From Eledone cirrhosa (Eukaryota): a DNA stretch of 64,000 nucleotides. Both the position numbers and the translations under genes were made by a program. Of this stretch, positions 40,213 through 50,545 are shown in pieces (the first letter of the stretch is position 1; each line of letters begins with the position of its first letter). The stretch covers positions 35,526,001 through 35,590,000 of the forward strand of contig OZ024744.1 in NCBI GenBank assembly GCA_964016885.1, in the 5' to 3' direction. The notes under the pieces were generated by a model. It did not search any database and was not told where the DNA came from. It saw nothing but the letters and a program-made list of their open reading frames with translations.

Positions 40213-40409
40213 ATCCTTATCAGGCCCTCTTCGGCTTTTAGTCTTCACATTTATTATTACTATATATATATATTTTTTATTTTTGCATATAGTTTTGCAA
40301 AATTTTGGTGAAGAACAATGGGTTATGTGCTAGTATATATATTATATAACAATAGAATATTAAATAAAATAATACAATTAAACAAATTATATGACATTTT
40401 TTCAATTAG

Positions 40410-40430
40410 ATGCTTATGTTGATCCAAGTG
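40410..40430 (+). CDS. Candidate 21-nt microexon of the host gene (DAYVDPS)
   Basis: ttttttcaattag|ATGCTTATGTTGATCCAAGTG|gtaagt; phase 1 to 1, open in the frame of exon C. Confidence 0.6.
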
Positions 40431-41787
40431 GTAAGTCTCTTAATTCTACATTTTTTTAATTCCTGTGTATTTCATGTCTGCATGAATTGCTTTCAGTTTT
40501 GTGTCACTTATTACTATTAATTTATTAATTATTACAACTCTATAATAGTTTTAAATTATTTCATATGCATGGTATGAAAATGTAGATTTTAAAAATAATT
40601 TTTTTCATTATTAAAATATAACATATGTGTGTCTTAGTGTGTATTTATGCATGCTGGTTTTCTCCTCAAATGATTTATTACCTCCACGTTATATACACTT
40701 TACCTTTAAACCATTATTACATATGTATGTATATATATGTGTGTGTGTGTATGCGTGTCTGTATGTATGTATAGTTGCATGTAATGTATTATAGGGATTA
40801 TTTGCTCTATGGTTAAGCTTAAACCGTTTTAAAAGCAAACTTTTCTATCAAAATAGCATTAGCTTATCTGTAGAGCAAGGAATCTCTATACTATATATAT
40901 ATTTACTGTGTACTAAGTTGAATTATGGTCTTAGTAGTATCGTCCACACACTCATATATCAAAGTCATCAAATGTCTGTTTCTTCTATGCTGGCAAGGGT
41001 TTGACATGTCATACAATGTCTGTTTCTTCCATGCTGGCATGGGTTTGACATGTCGTACAATGTCTCATTATTCATGGTGACATTGCCTTCAAAGGTTTAG
41101 TCCATTATATTATTATCAGTTTATATTGTGTTTAAAGTCTGGTGCTTATTTTATCGATCTTTACTGTTATGACCATCCCATCTTAGGTTTTTAAAAAAAA
41201 AGATGTTAAGGTGTTATTTGAAGAGAATTTGATGGTTATTTCTTGTTGGTCAAATAAGCACATAAAGGAAACGCCCAGTAGTTTCTGTCAGCTTTGTATA
41301 TCAATTAACCAACTGAATTTCAGTCATTAGATTACGGCCATGTTGGGCTACTGTTTTGAAGAGATTTTGATTGATCGTATTGACCCCACTACTTGTTTTA
41401 TTGATAACTTTTTGTTGAACCTCTATATTACAGGACATAAACACAGGTACATTCATACACTCACACACACACTCATACATATATGTATATATACATAATA
41501 GGCGTCCATGCAGTGTCTGTCTATCAAATTTTTCTCACAAGACATTCGTCAACCTCATCATGCCTGAGCACATCCTGAGGTGCTCAGGCATGATGAGCCT
41601 GCGGGCTTGAGGCAGATTTTAACTATAAAAGTTCTATTATTTATCATATATACTATAGATTGTGACAGACTGGTTTTCCGTCCAAGGGCACGTCTTGTCT
41701 TGAACTCACTGTTACCTAGTGCCATTGAAACTAAGCCATGCTCTGGCTTGATCTTCCTGTCATTTTTGGACACACTTTAACCTTTTT

Positions 41788-42014
41788 AACCATTTAGTAT
41801 TTAAACCGGCCGTATCTGGCCAGAATTCTCTCATCTCTTTCTGTTCAAACCAACTGTAACCAGCTGCTCATACTGATGTTAAGGTATTGTTCTCAAAATA
41901 AATAATATCAAAATCTCATAAGTCTGATAGTATGTTAGATAATTATGTAAGGTAAAGTGTTTACCATGGAAATATAATAGTATATATAGAGTAATGTAAA
42001 TAGTAAAGGGTTAA
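41788..42014. mobile_element. piggyBac-like MITE (TTAA-CC...AAAGGG-TTAA)
   Basis: Homologous to 58391-58821, which has TTAA|CCCTTTA...TAAAGGG|TTAA. Confidence 0.6.
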
Positions 42015-42300
42015 CTTAATACATTGAAGAGGAGTAATACTATCATCTCAGTTTGACAATGTCAATGTATTCAAAGCCACTGTTATTGCTATGTTCTTTA
42101 TATATGACATTCATCTATTTACCCACCCATTCTTCTGTTTCATATATATATATGTTGAAGAGTTAAACAAAATTCAATGAGTATATCAAAGAATGAGTTT
42201 TACAGTAGGTTGTAAGCACTCTACGGAAAAAATAATTTTCGGGAGTTATTAATATTAGAATATAAATATTAATAAAATAGATTTTCTTTTGATCAATTAT

Positions 42301-42353
42301 ATTTTATTATACATATTTCAGATGTACAACAGTACGTCCTCATCAGACAAAAT
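42301..42353 (-). ncRNA. Type I hammerhead ribozyme (element D, left arm)
   Basis: ATTTTGT-CTGATGA-GGACGTAC-TGTT-GTACATCT-GAAA-TATGTA-TA|ATAAAAT. Confidence 0.75.
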
Positions 42354-43360
42354 ATAATGATACATCACACATACCCTGAGATGTTAAATGGTTAAGAATT
42401 AATCAAGGTAGTGATTAACCTAAGCAAAAATTTAACATTTACCGTAATAATGAGAAAATGCAAAAAACGTAATAAATTCAATAGAGAATGTGTGAGTAAG
42501 AAAAACGTTGCTTAATGTACCAGTTATCTAGATATGTATGATACTACAATTCATCTAGGAAAGCATGTCATGAATTATAACAGTCAGTGAGAGAGAGAGG
42601 GAAAGATGAGGGGGTAATGTATGCAGAAGGAGATTTTTTCCCGAAAGTTAAACGGTTAAGTTTGAAAATATTTAATTTATGTTATCTTAGGTTTTTTTTA
42701 AAAATTGGTGGTTATTTATATATTAGTTTTGTAAATTTTATAAGTGTGTTAACACTTCTAAGCTTCTGAATTTTTTGATGATAAGATTAAAAGGGTTTAG
42801 CTGGCCATTATTAAGGAAAGTTTACACTGTTGAATATTTTCCTAAATGTAATCTTTAATGAATTTAGTCATTGTGAACGTATTAGGTATGTAAAGCTTTT
42901 GAAGTACTTATTGTTAGAAAAATTTAAATAACGGTTATGTATATAGATATATATTAATTAATGAGCCAGTATATTTTAGGTAAATGATAATGAAAATAAA
43001 ATGAAATAAAATAAAATAAAAATAAAAATAATAGATTGAGTCATGTTAAAATTAAATATATACCCATATATAACTGTGTAATGTATTAATTATTCCTAGC
43101 TCAAAGTAAAAACAATCAAAAAATTTAGAAGTTAACTGAAAATTATGTATAGAAAGATAGAGAGAGTTATATTGTATTAGGTAATAGTGATACAGTATAC
43201 TTTAGGTAAATGATAACGGTTATAATTTTATATAATAAAGTTCTACGTGTTAAATACATATATATATATATAAGAAAAACAATAATAAATGCATGGATAA
43301 TTCATAGTTCAAAATAATGTTTATAATAATTTGTAATTTGGATATTTGCTCTATATTTGA

Positions 43361-45272
43361 ATCATCATCATCATCATCATCAACGTTTAACGTCCGTGTT
43401 CCACGCTTGCATGGGTTTGGACGGGGGTAGTCCCACTTGAGGCAAGAATGATTGTCTTGCTCGCATAGGACTGTCTGGCAGGTTTTCTACAGTTGGATGC
43501 CCTTCCTAACACCAACCACATTTACAGTGTGGGTCTGGGAGGTTTTTACCGTGTTGCCTACACGGCCACATTACAGCGTGGACTGTGTGTTTTTTTGTCG
43601 TGACACCTACACGATCTCATTTGTTTCGGCCCGGATGGCGCGGCACCAACATAACTTTACATAGGACGGGGTGGTGTGGATGGGGTGGGGGTGGTGGTGG
43701 TGGGACGGGGTGTATTTTGTTAGAGATGCCTACTGGCAAGGCGGGTCTTCTCTGTTACTGAGTACCGCCAAAGGTCTCGGTCCAGTGACATTGTCTTGGA
43801 GAGGTGTAAGTGTGTGAGGTCGGAGTTTATCAGCTCGTCCCAGGTTTTTCTAGGTCTGCCTATTCCGTGGCTACCGTCTATCTTTATTGCCCTGCACTTT
43901 GTTATACAGCTATCGACTTTCGTGCGCATCACGTGTCCATACCAACGTAGCCTTCTCTCGAGTAAACAACATCTGATCCCTCTTATCTCTAATTTTTTCC
44001 TTAGTTCGTTTATGCTTTGCCGTTCACGTATATTACTGTTACACATCCAGCGGAGCATGCAAGCTTCGTTCCTCTCTAGTCTGCGTATATCCTCTGCACA
44101 CAATGCCCAGGTCTCACTGCCATGCAACATTGCTGTTCGTATGCAGGCATCGTACAACCTGCCTTTCATTTTTAGGGAGAACCCTTTAGCAGCTAATAGT
44201 GGTATAAGCTCTCTGAACTTTTTCCAACCAGTTCTGACTCTAGCTACAGTACTTTCAGAGCACCCTCCCCCACTGCTGATTTTATCGCCCAGGTAACGGA
44301 AGCTGTCCACTATTTCTATAGAACCCTCTGCGCAATTGAAAGAGCTAGTATTTTGTGGGCACTTGCTGCTACTTATTGCACCAGAACACCGGCCACATGT
44401 AAAATCTATGTTCTTAGTTAGCTTACCTGTGATCCCACTACATCTTTTATGCACCCATACTTTGCATTTAGGACACAAAATGGAGTTTCTACCTACGCCT
44501 TTCCTACACACCGAGCACGACCATTTCCCAGAAGGGACCGCCGCCTTGTTTTCTTTCCTACAAACTAGAACTTTGGTCTTAGCCAGGTTAATTTTAAGTC
44601 CTTTTGACTCTAGGCCGTGCTTCCATGTTTGGAATTTCTTCTCTAGCTCGGCCATTGATTCCGCTATGAGTGTCAGGTCGTCTGCGTATAGGAGTTCCCA
44701 TGGGCAGCCTGTCTTGAACTCCTCTGTTATAGCCTGAAGGGCAATAATAAATAGTAGGGGGCTGAGAACAGAGCTCTGATGGACGCCAACTTTTACGCTA
44801 AACTCTTCACTATATTCGTTGTTAATTCTAACCTTGCTGACTGTTTCTTTATACATGGCTTGTATAGCCCTCACAAGCCATTCGTCAACGCCTAGTTTTC
44901 TAAGAGCCCACCAGATAATGGAGCGGGGGACTCTGTCGAAGGCTTTCTCCAAGTCGACAAAAGCTAAGTAGAGGGGTTTACCTTTAGCTAGGTACTTCTC
45001 CTGTAGTTGTCGTACTATGAAAAGAGCGTCTGTGGTACTTTTGCCTGACACAAACCCGAACTGCATTTCATCTAGGTCAATTCTCTCTCTGATTAGTTGC
45101 GCTATTACTTTTTCTGTGACCTTCATGACCTGGTCGATTAATTTAATGCCTCTATAGTTACTCCTATCTAGGGCGTCTCCTTTACCCTTATAACAGTTAA
45201 CGATGATGCTGCTATGCCAGTCCTTCGGAACAACCCCATTCTGTACGACTTGGTTAACTATGCGGGTGACCA
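43361..45272 (-). mobile_element. 5'-truncated RTE LINE (relatively young)
   Basis: Open RT frame, 3' UTR and (GAT)n tail; inserted at ATCAT within element D. Confidence 0.92.
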
Positions 45273-45273
45273 T
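43720..45273 (-). CDS. RTE reverse transcriptase with PHD-like finger (open frame, lacks the N-terminal APE endonuclease)
   Basis: YRGIKL, QFGF, FVDLEKAFDRV, GVHQSSVLSP, LLYADDL, CSVC..CPKC..WVHKRC..CGRC, FRYLG, RRLRWYGHV, GRPRKTW. The first ~20 aa of the listed ORF come from flanking DNA. Confidence 0.85.
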   Translation of the reverse strand: MVTRIVNQVVQNGVVPKDWHSSIIVNCYKGKGDALDRSNYRGIKLIDQVMKVTEKVIAQLIRERIDLDEMQFGFVSGKSTTDALFIVRQLQEKYLAKGKPLYLAFVDLEKAFDRVPRSIIWWALRKLGVDEWLVRAIQAMYKETVSKVRINNEYSEEFSVKVGVHQSSVLSPLLFIIALQAITEEFKTGCPWELLYADDLTLIAESMAELEKKFQTWKHGLESKGLKINLAKTKVLVCRKENKAAVPSGKWSCSVCRKGVGRNSILCPKCKVWVHKRCSGITGKLTKNIDFTCGRCSGAISSSKCPQNTSSFNCAEGSIEIVDSFRYLGDKISSGGGCSESTVARVRTGWKKFRELIPLLAAKGFSLKMKGRLYDACIRTAMLHGSETWALCAEDIRRLERNEACMLRWMCNSNIRERQSINELRKKLEIRGIRCCLLERRLRWYGHVMRTKVDSCITKCRAIKIDGSHGIGRPRKTWDELINSDLTHLHLSKTMSLDRDLWRYSVTEKTRLASRHL

Positions 45274-47050
45274 CATGGATATAATATTGCGGTAGGGTAT
45301 ATTTAAAAGCATAGAAAATATAATTACATACATATTATAAATAAGAGATCAGAAACGCATGAAAATTTCACAGTTATAAATAAGTTCAGTAAAGATGTTA
45401 AACTCAGATTTAAAACTTAAGTAGGAAGATAAGGATCGAGAAATAAAGAAATAATGGTATGGATCAAAATCGACAGAAATTATGTTATGTGTATCAATGT
45501 TCCAGCATGTTACTGAACAAGTGTCTTTCATTCTTAGCCTCCCACAAAACGAGAAAAAAAGAGAAAGAAACATTAAACCATTAAAAACTTGGTTGTCAGA
45601 CGTATAAAATCAACAGGGAAAACCTTTAGTGGCTTTTAATATTGCACTATCTATAGAAGAAATAACTGTTTCTACTTTAGGCACAAGGGCAGCAATTACC
45701 CAGTACATTTCTGGTACTTTATTTTATCGACCCCGTAAGGATGAAAGGCAAAGTTAACCTCGGCGGGATTTGAACTCAAAGAAATAACGCTCGAATGAAA
45801 GACACTTTTTCAATAACATGCCGGAACATTGATACACATAACATTATTCTGTTAACTTTGATCCATACCATTATTTCTTTATTTCTCTATCCTTATCTTC
45901 TTACTTAAGTTTTAAATCTGAGTTTTATATCCAACCTTTACATCTTTACTGAACTTATTTATAACTGTGAAATTTTCATGCGTTTCTGATCTCTTATTTA
46001 TAATATGTATGTAATTATATTTTCTATGTTTTTAAATATATCTACCGCATTCTTATATCCATGATTCAAATATAGAGCAAATATCCAAATTACAAATTAT
46101 TAGAAACATTATTTTGCATTTATTATTGTTTTTCTTATATATATATATGTATTTAACACGTAGAACTTTATTATATAAAATTATAACCGTTATCATTTAC
46201 CTAAAGTATACTGTATCACTATTACCTAATACAATATAACTCTCTCTATCTTTCTATACATAATTTTCAGTTAACTTCTAAATTTTTTGATTGTTTTTAC
46301 TTTGAGCTAGGAATAATTAATACATTACACACAGTTATATATGGGTATATATTTAATTTTAACACGCCTCAATCTATTATTTTTATTTTTATTTTATTTT
46401 ATTTTATTTTATTTTATTTTCATTATCATTTACCTAAAATATACTGGCTCATTAATTAATATATATCTATATACATAACCGTTATTTAAATTTTTCTAAC
46501 AATAAGTACTTCAAAAGCTTTACATACCTAATACGTTGACAATGACTAATTTCATTAAAGATTACATTTAGGAAAATATTCAACAGTGTAAACTTTCCTT
46601 AATAATGGCCAGCTAAATCCTTTAAATCTTATCATCAAAAAATTCAGAAGCTTAGAAGTGTTAACACACTTATAAAATTTACAAAACTAATATACAAATA
46701 ACCACCAATTTAAAAAAAACACCCAAGATAACATAAATTAAATATTTTCAAGCTTAACCGTTTAACTTTTGGGAAAAAATTTCCTTCTGCATACGTTACC
46801 CCCTCATCTTTCCCTCTCTCTCACTGACTGTTATAATTCATGAAATGCTTTCCTAGATGAATTGTAGTATCATACATATCTAGATAACTGGTACATTAAG
46901 CAACGTTTTTCTTACTCACACATTCTCTATTGAATTTATTACGTTTTCGCATTTTCTCATTATTAGGGTATAAATGTTAAATTTTTGCTTAGGTTAAACT
47001 TGATTAAATCTTAACCATTTAACATCTCAGGGTATGACATGTATCATTAT

Positions 47051-47103
47051 ATTTTGTCTGATGAGGATGTACTGTTGTACATCCGAAATATGTATAATAA
47101 AAT
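47051..47103 (+). ncRNA. Type I hammerhead ribozyme (element D, right arm)
   Basis: ATTTTGT-CTGATGA-GGATGTAC-TGTT-GTACATCC-GAAA-TATGTA-TA|ATAAAAT; perfect 8-bp stem II, 7-bp stem I; predicted cut after 47096. Confidence 0.87.
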
Positions 47104-47172
47104 GTAATTGATCAAAAGAACATCTATTTTATTAATATTTATATTCTATATTTATATATATATAAGAAGTCA

Positions 47173-47595
47173 TATAATTGCAGAGACCCATCGCTATGCC
47201 CCCTTAGTAATGAATGCATGACCAAAAACGTGGTGTACAGGTGCAAGGTCACAACCCCTAACTCGGAGCATCACTACATAGGATCCACAGCGACGAGCTT
47301 CAAAGCTCGGTGGTATAACCATCGCCATTCCTTTAACAGAATAGATAAGAGGAAATGTACGGCCCTTTCTGAATTGATCTGGAAGGTCAAACTTGAAAAG
47401 AACCCGCACTCTCTGGTCTGGTCCGTGGTTTGAAAGGTTCCCCCAGACAGAGGTGGGTCTGGTATTTGCAACCTCTGTCTTAGTGAGACACTCGAGATTC
47501 TTCATGGCGGAACCAAGCTATTAAACAGAAGAGCCGACTTATTCGGTGCCTGCAGACACCTAAGGACGGGAACTTTCCTCAAGCTATATGGATAA
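47173..47595 (+). pseudogene. GIY-YIG endonuclease remnant of a Penelope-like element (C-terminal EN)
   Basis: NCR...CPL..EC..KNVVYRC...HYIGSTATSFKARWYNHRHSF...TALS..IW...(TGA)...CNLCLSE..EI....LLNRR.DL...CRH; one internal TGA at 47431-47433. Confidence 0.82.
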
Positions 47596-48399
47596 ACCCC
47601 GGCTACGGCCTCCCACAAGCCCCCACCCTGGTAGATCCCCTACACCCCGTACCAATGACCAATGGACAACAACAAACCCCCATAGTTTGTGGTCCCTATG
47701 GTGGATGGTCCACCGGATCCTCTACTGGTTAGGAGTGATCTAAACAATGTTTTATTGAACCTGATTTTATATATATATGTATACATGTAACATGTGTATT
47801 TTATATGTGTATGTATGCATATTTTATATATGTGTGCGTATCTGTATGTATATATTTTATATATATGTGTGTGTGTAATTTTTTAATATATATATATGTA
47901 TATTTTACGTGTGTATATATTTTGTGTGTGTGTGTGTATTCTATGTATATATATATTTTATATATATATATACGTGTATACTTGTGCGTACATGCATGCA
48001 TGTATATATATATACACACCTGTATGGATTTGTGTCTGTAGATGTGTGAGTGTTTGAGGGGATAGGTGTGAGTGTATGTACAAGTGAACCAGCATAATCC
48101 TTTTATTTCTGAATTTTCTAAACTATCTAAGTATTGGACTCTAACCATTATATTAAGTATTACCACCCCACTCTTTGTATGTGTCTGTGGAGGTGTGTGT
48201 GAGTGTAGTGCAAGCCAACCTACATAAGCCTTTTTATTTGTAAACTTTCTACTGCAACCATAATTTTCAGTAGCACCACTCCACATAAATTCCTCAATTT
48301 AAGAATGACCTGTAGTATCTATTTCATACTATTAAAAATAAAGTACCAGTAATGCACTGGGTAATTGCTGGCCTTGTGCCTAAAGTAGAAACAACTATT

Positions 48400-48772
48400 A
48401 ACCTTATTTGAAAATATATCTGACCAAGAATGCCTTTTGTGAAAATCAGTCATGTGGAACTATTGTCATCTTGCCTGACGGTTTGAACCTTACAGAACCA
48501 CCTGCCTTTTTGAGGTCAAATACCAACCTACTACCATCTACAAACTGACCATTGAGAATCAAGACTATTCCTGCTGACAACATCAAATTATTCCTAACAA
48601 GCTCATATGTCCCAAGGCTCTGATACCATCAACACTATAAACACAGAGCTGGCATATCTAAGAACTGACTAACTGCCTGATGAGGTCATAGCCATTCAAT
48701 GGCTATCATCGAAATATATATAGCAGTAAATAAAGGATTATGAGTTCATGCAATTGACTTATGTTTCGTCAC
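48400..48772 (+). mobile_element. PLE-like 3' fragment (family E) ending in a hammerhead and (TA)n
   Basis: PDGLN-coding remnant near 48474-48488; 48605-48749 is almost identical to 63109-63254. Confidence 0.6.
48672..48727 (+). ncRNA. Type I hammerhead ribozyme (family E, copy 1)
   Basis: ACTGC-CTGATGA-GGTCATAGCCA-TTCAA-TGGCTATCATC-GAAA-TATATA-TA|GCAGT; predicted cut after 48722. Confidence 0.85.
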
Positions 48773-48872
48773 TATATATATATATATATATATAGGAAAA
48801 TATGTGAAATCTTTGGTACAGTTAGGTATATTTAAAAAAAGGAAAAGATTGACTTCATTTGTAGTTCTAAAT

Positions 48873-49120
48873 TTTATAATAATATAATTTTACAATTTTG
48901 TTTTGTAGATCTAGTTAGTTCTATGTTAGCTTCAGTGGGGAGTGTTTTTAAAGATTCTTGCTTAACTTTCCAGGAGAACTTTCTTGCATTCGTCGGTGGC
49001 GATAGTCAAAGAAAGTTCTCCAGGAAAGTTTACCAGGAATCTTAAAAAAAACTCCTCCTCAAAGCTAACAAAGAACTTACCAGATCTACAAAACAAAATT
49101 GCCAAATTATAGTATTATAA
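48873..49120. repeat. Diverged inverted repeat (about 115-bp arms)
   Basis: caattttgttttgtagatct...ggagaactttctt / aagaaagttctcc...agatctacaaaacaaaattg. Confidence 0.75.
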
Positions 49121-49870
49121 TAATAATAATAATAATAATAATGAAATTATTGTGTAAAGTGTTCAGGTGCACTACAACTCGTCAAAGGTGTATGTATAGT
49201 ACATAGAATAATACACAAATGTTAGGGAAGTGAATAGTGTATGAGTCATGGTATACATGTGTGTATGTGTATGGAGGGGGAACATTAGGTGTAGTGTTGG
49301 CGTATCTCGGGAAGTATGGAGGCCTTAAAGGATGCAGTGTCTCGACAGCTAACAACTGGTGAAGGGTGTTTGTTCCATGCTTCAGCAACTCTGAGCGTGA
49401 AAATATGTTTCCGAAAGTCATGGGAACTGTGCTGTTTTCTGACTTTGTGAGCATGCCCACGTGTGTTAGACACATGGAAATCAAAAAGGTACTCAGTGTT
49501 GTTGTTGGCAAGATGGTTAATAATTTTGTGGGTGTTTACCAAGTCAGTTGCAAGACGTCGGAGCTTCAATGTATCCATGCCCAGGGAAGCAAGGCGCTCA
49601 GAGTATGGTAGATGTCTGATGGAGGATATTCGCTTGGTTGCACGTCTCTGAACAGTTTCCAGGCGGTCAATGTTCTGAGCAAGATAGGGATTCCAGACTG
49701 GTGATGCAAATTCTAAGCACCATAGCCATGTACAGCCTTAAATAGATAGCTGGAGAGCGGCAAACAAAGGTCTTGCTGAGTGATGCTAAGACACCCTCGG
49801 CCCTCTTGACAATTTTAGAGATGTGCTTCGTCCAACGCAAATCGCTGCTGACCGTAATGCCCAGGTCACT
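49115..49870 (-). mobile_element. CR1 3' fragment
   Basis: Similar to 8790-9670; TRGH...FTLRVAEAWNK; (TAT)n tail. Confidence 0.88.
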
Positions 49871-50323
49871 ATATCAGGTCATTATAAAATTAAATTGTTT
49901 AGAACTACAAATGAAGTCAATCTTTTCCTTTTTTTAAATATATATATATTAAATAGGTATAAATCAGATAGACCATTACTCACCAGAGTACTCGATATTT
50001 GTGGTAGTAGACCGGGTAATATGAAAAGATTTAGAACCCTGAACTTTGGATTTAGCTGTCGAAACAACTAGAGCTCAGCCGTCGGGGTTCTGAATCTTTT
50101 CATATATATATATGTATATATATTCATTTTTTTAATATTAATCTTGCCTGTTTGTTTTGAGTGCCTCCCTCTTTTTTCCCTTCCTCTGCTTGTGACACTT
50201 AACCGAGCATGTTATTAGTTTTCGTATGCAGTGTCTTTTTTTTATCACTTTATATCTCATTTAAATTTTAAAGCATGCTTCTAATTTAAAAAAAAAAAAA
50301 TCTTTCCTTTGTGTGAAATTTAG

Positions 50324-50337
50324 AATTTGCAAAACTG
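50324..50337 (+). CDS. Candidate 14-nt microexon (EFAKL)
   Basis: tctttcctttgtgtgaaatttag|AATTTGCAAAACTG|gtaagt; phase 1 to 0, open in frame. Confidence 0.45.
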
Positions 50338-50545
50338 GTAAGTTTAAAACTAGAAAAATATTAAGAAAAATGTAATTAATTAGTTTCTTCTTTTTTTTTC
50401 AAGAAAAAATAAAAACGAAACTGTAAGATAACATTGTTACTTCCCTTGTTTATGTTATTCCCCTTTGAACGGTTTGAGTATTTCTGTTTGTTTCTATAAT
50501 TTGTAAGTACTGTAGCATTTATGGATAGAAGTAAAGATACATACA

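Larger units (their letters stand above)
42251..47148. mobile_element. Fold-back element D (about 1.36-kb arms) interrupted by an RTE LINE and a SINE
   Basis: Left arm 42251-43360 + 45272-45535 is the reverse complement of right arm 45790-47148 with scattered substitutions; one-sided extension about 42150-42250. Confidence 0.85.
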
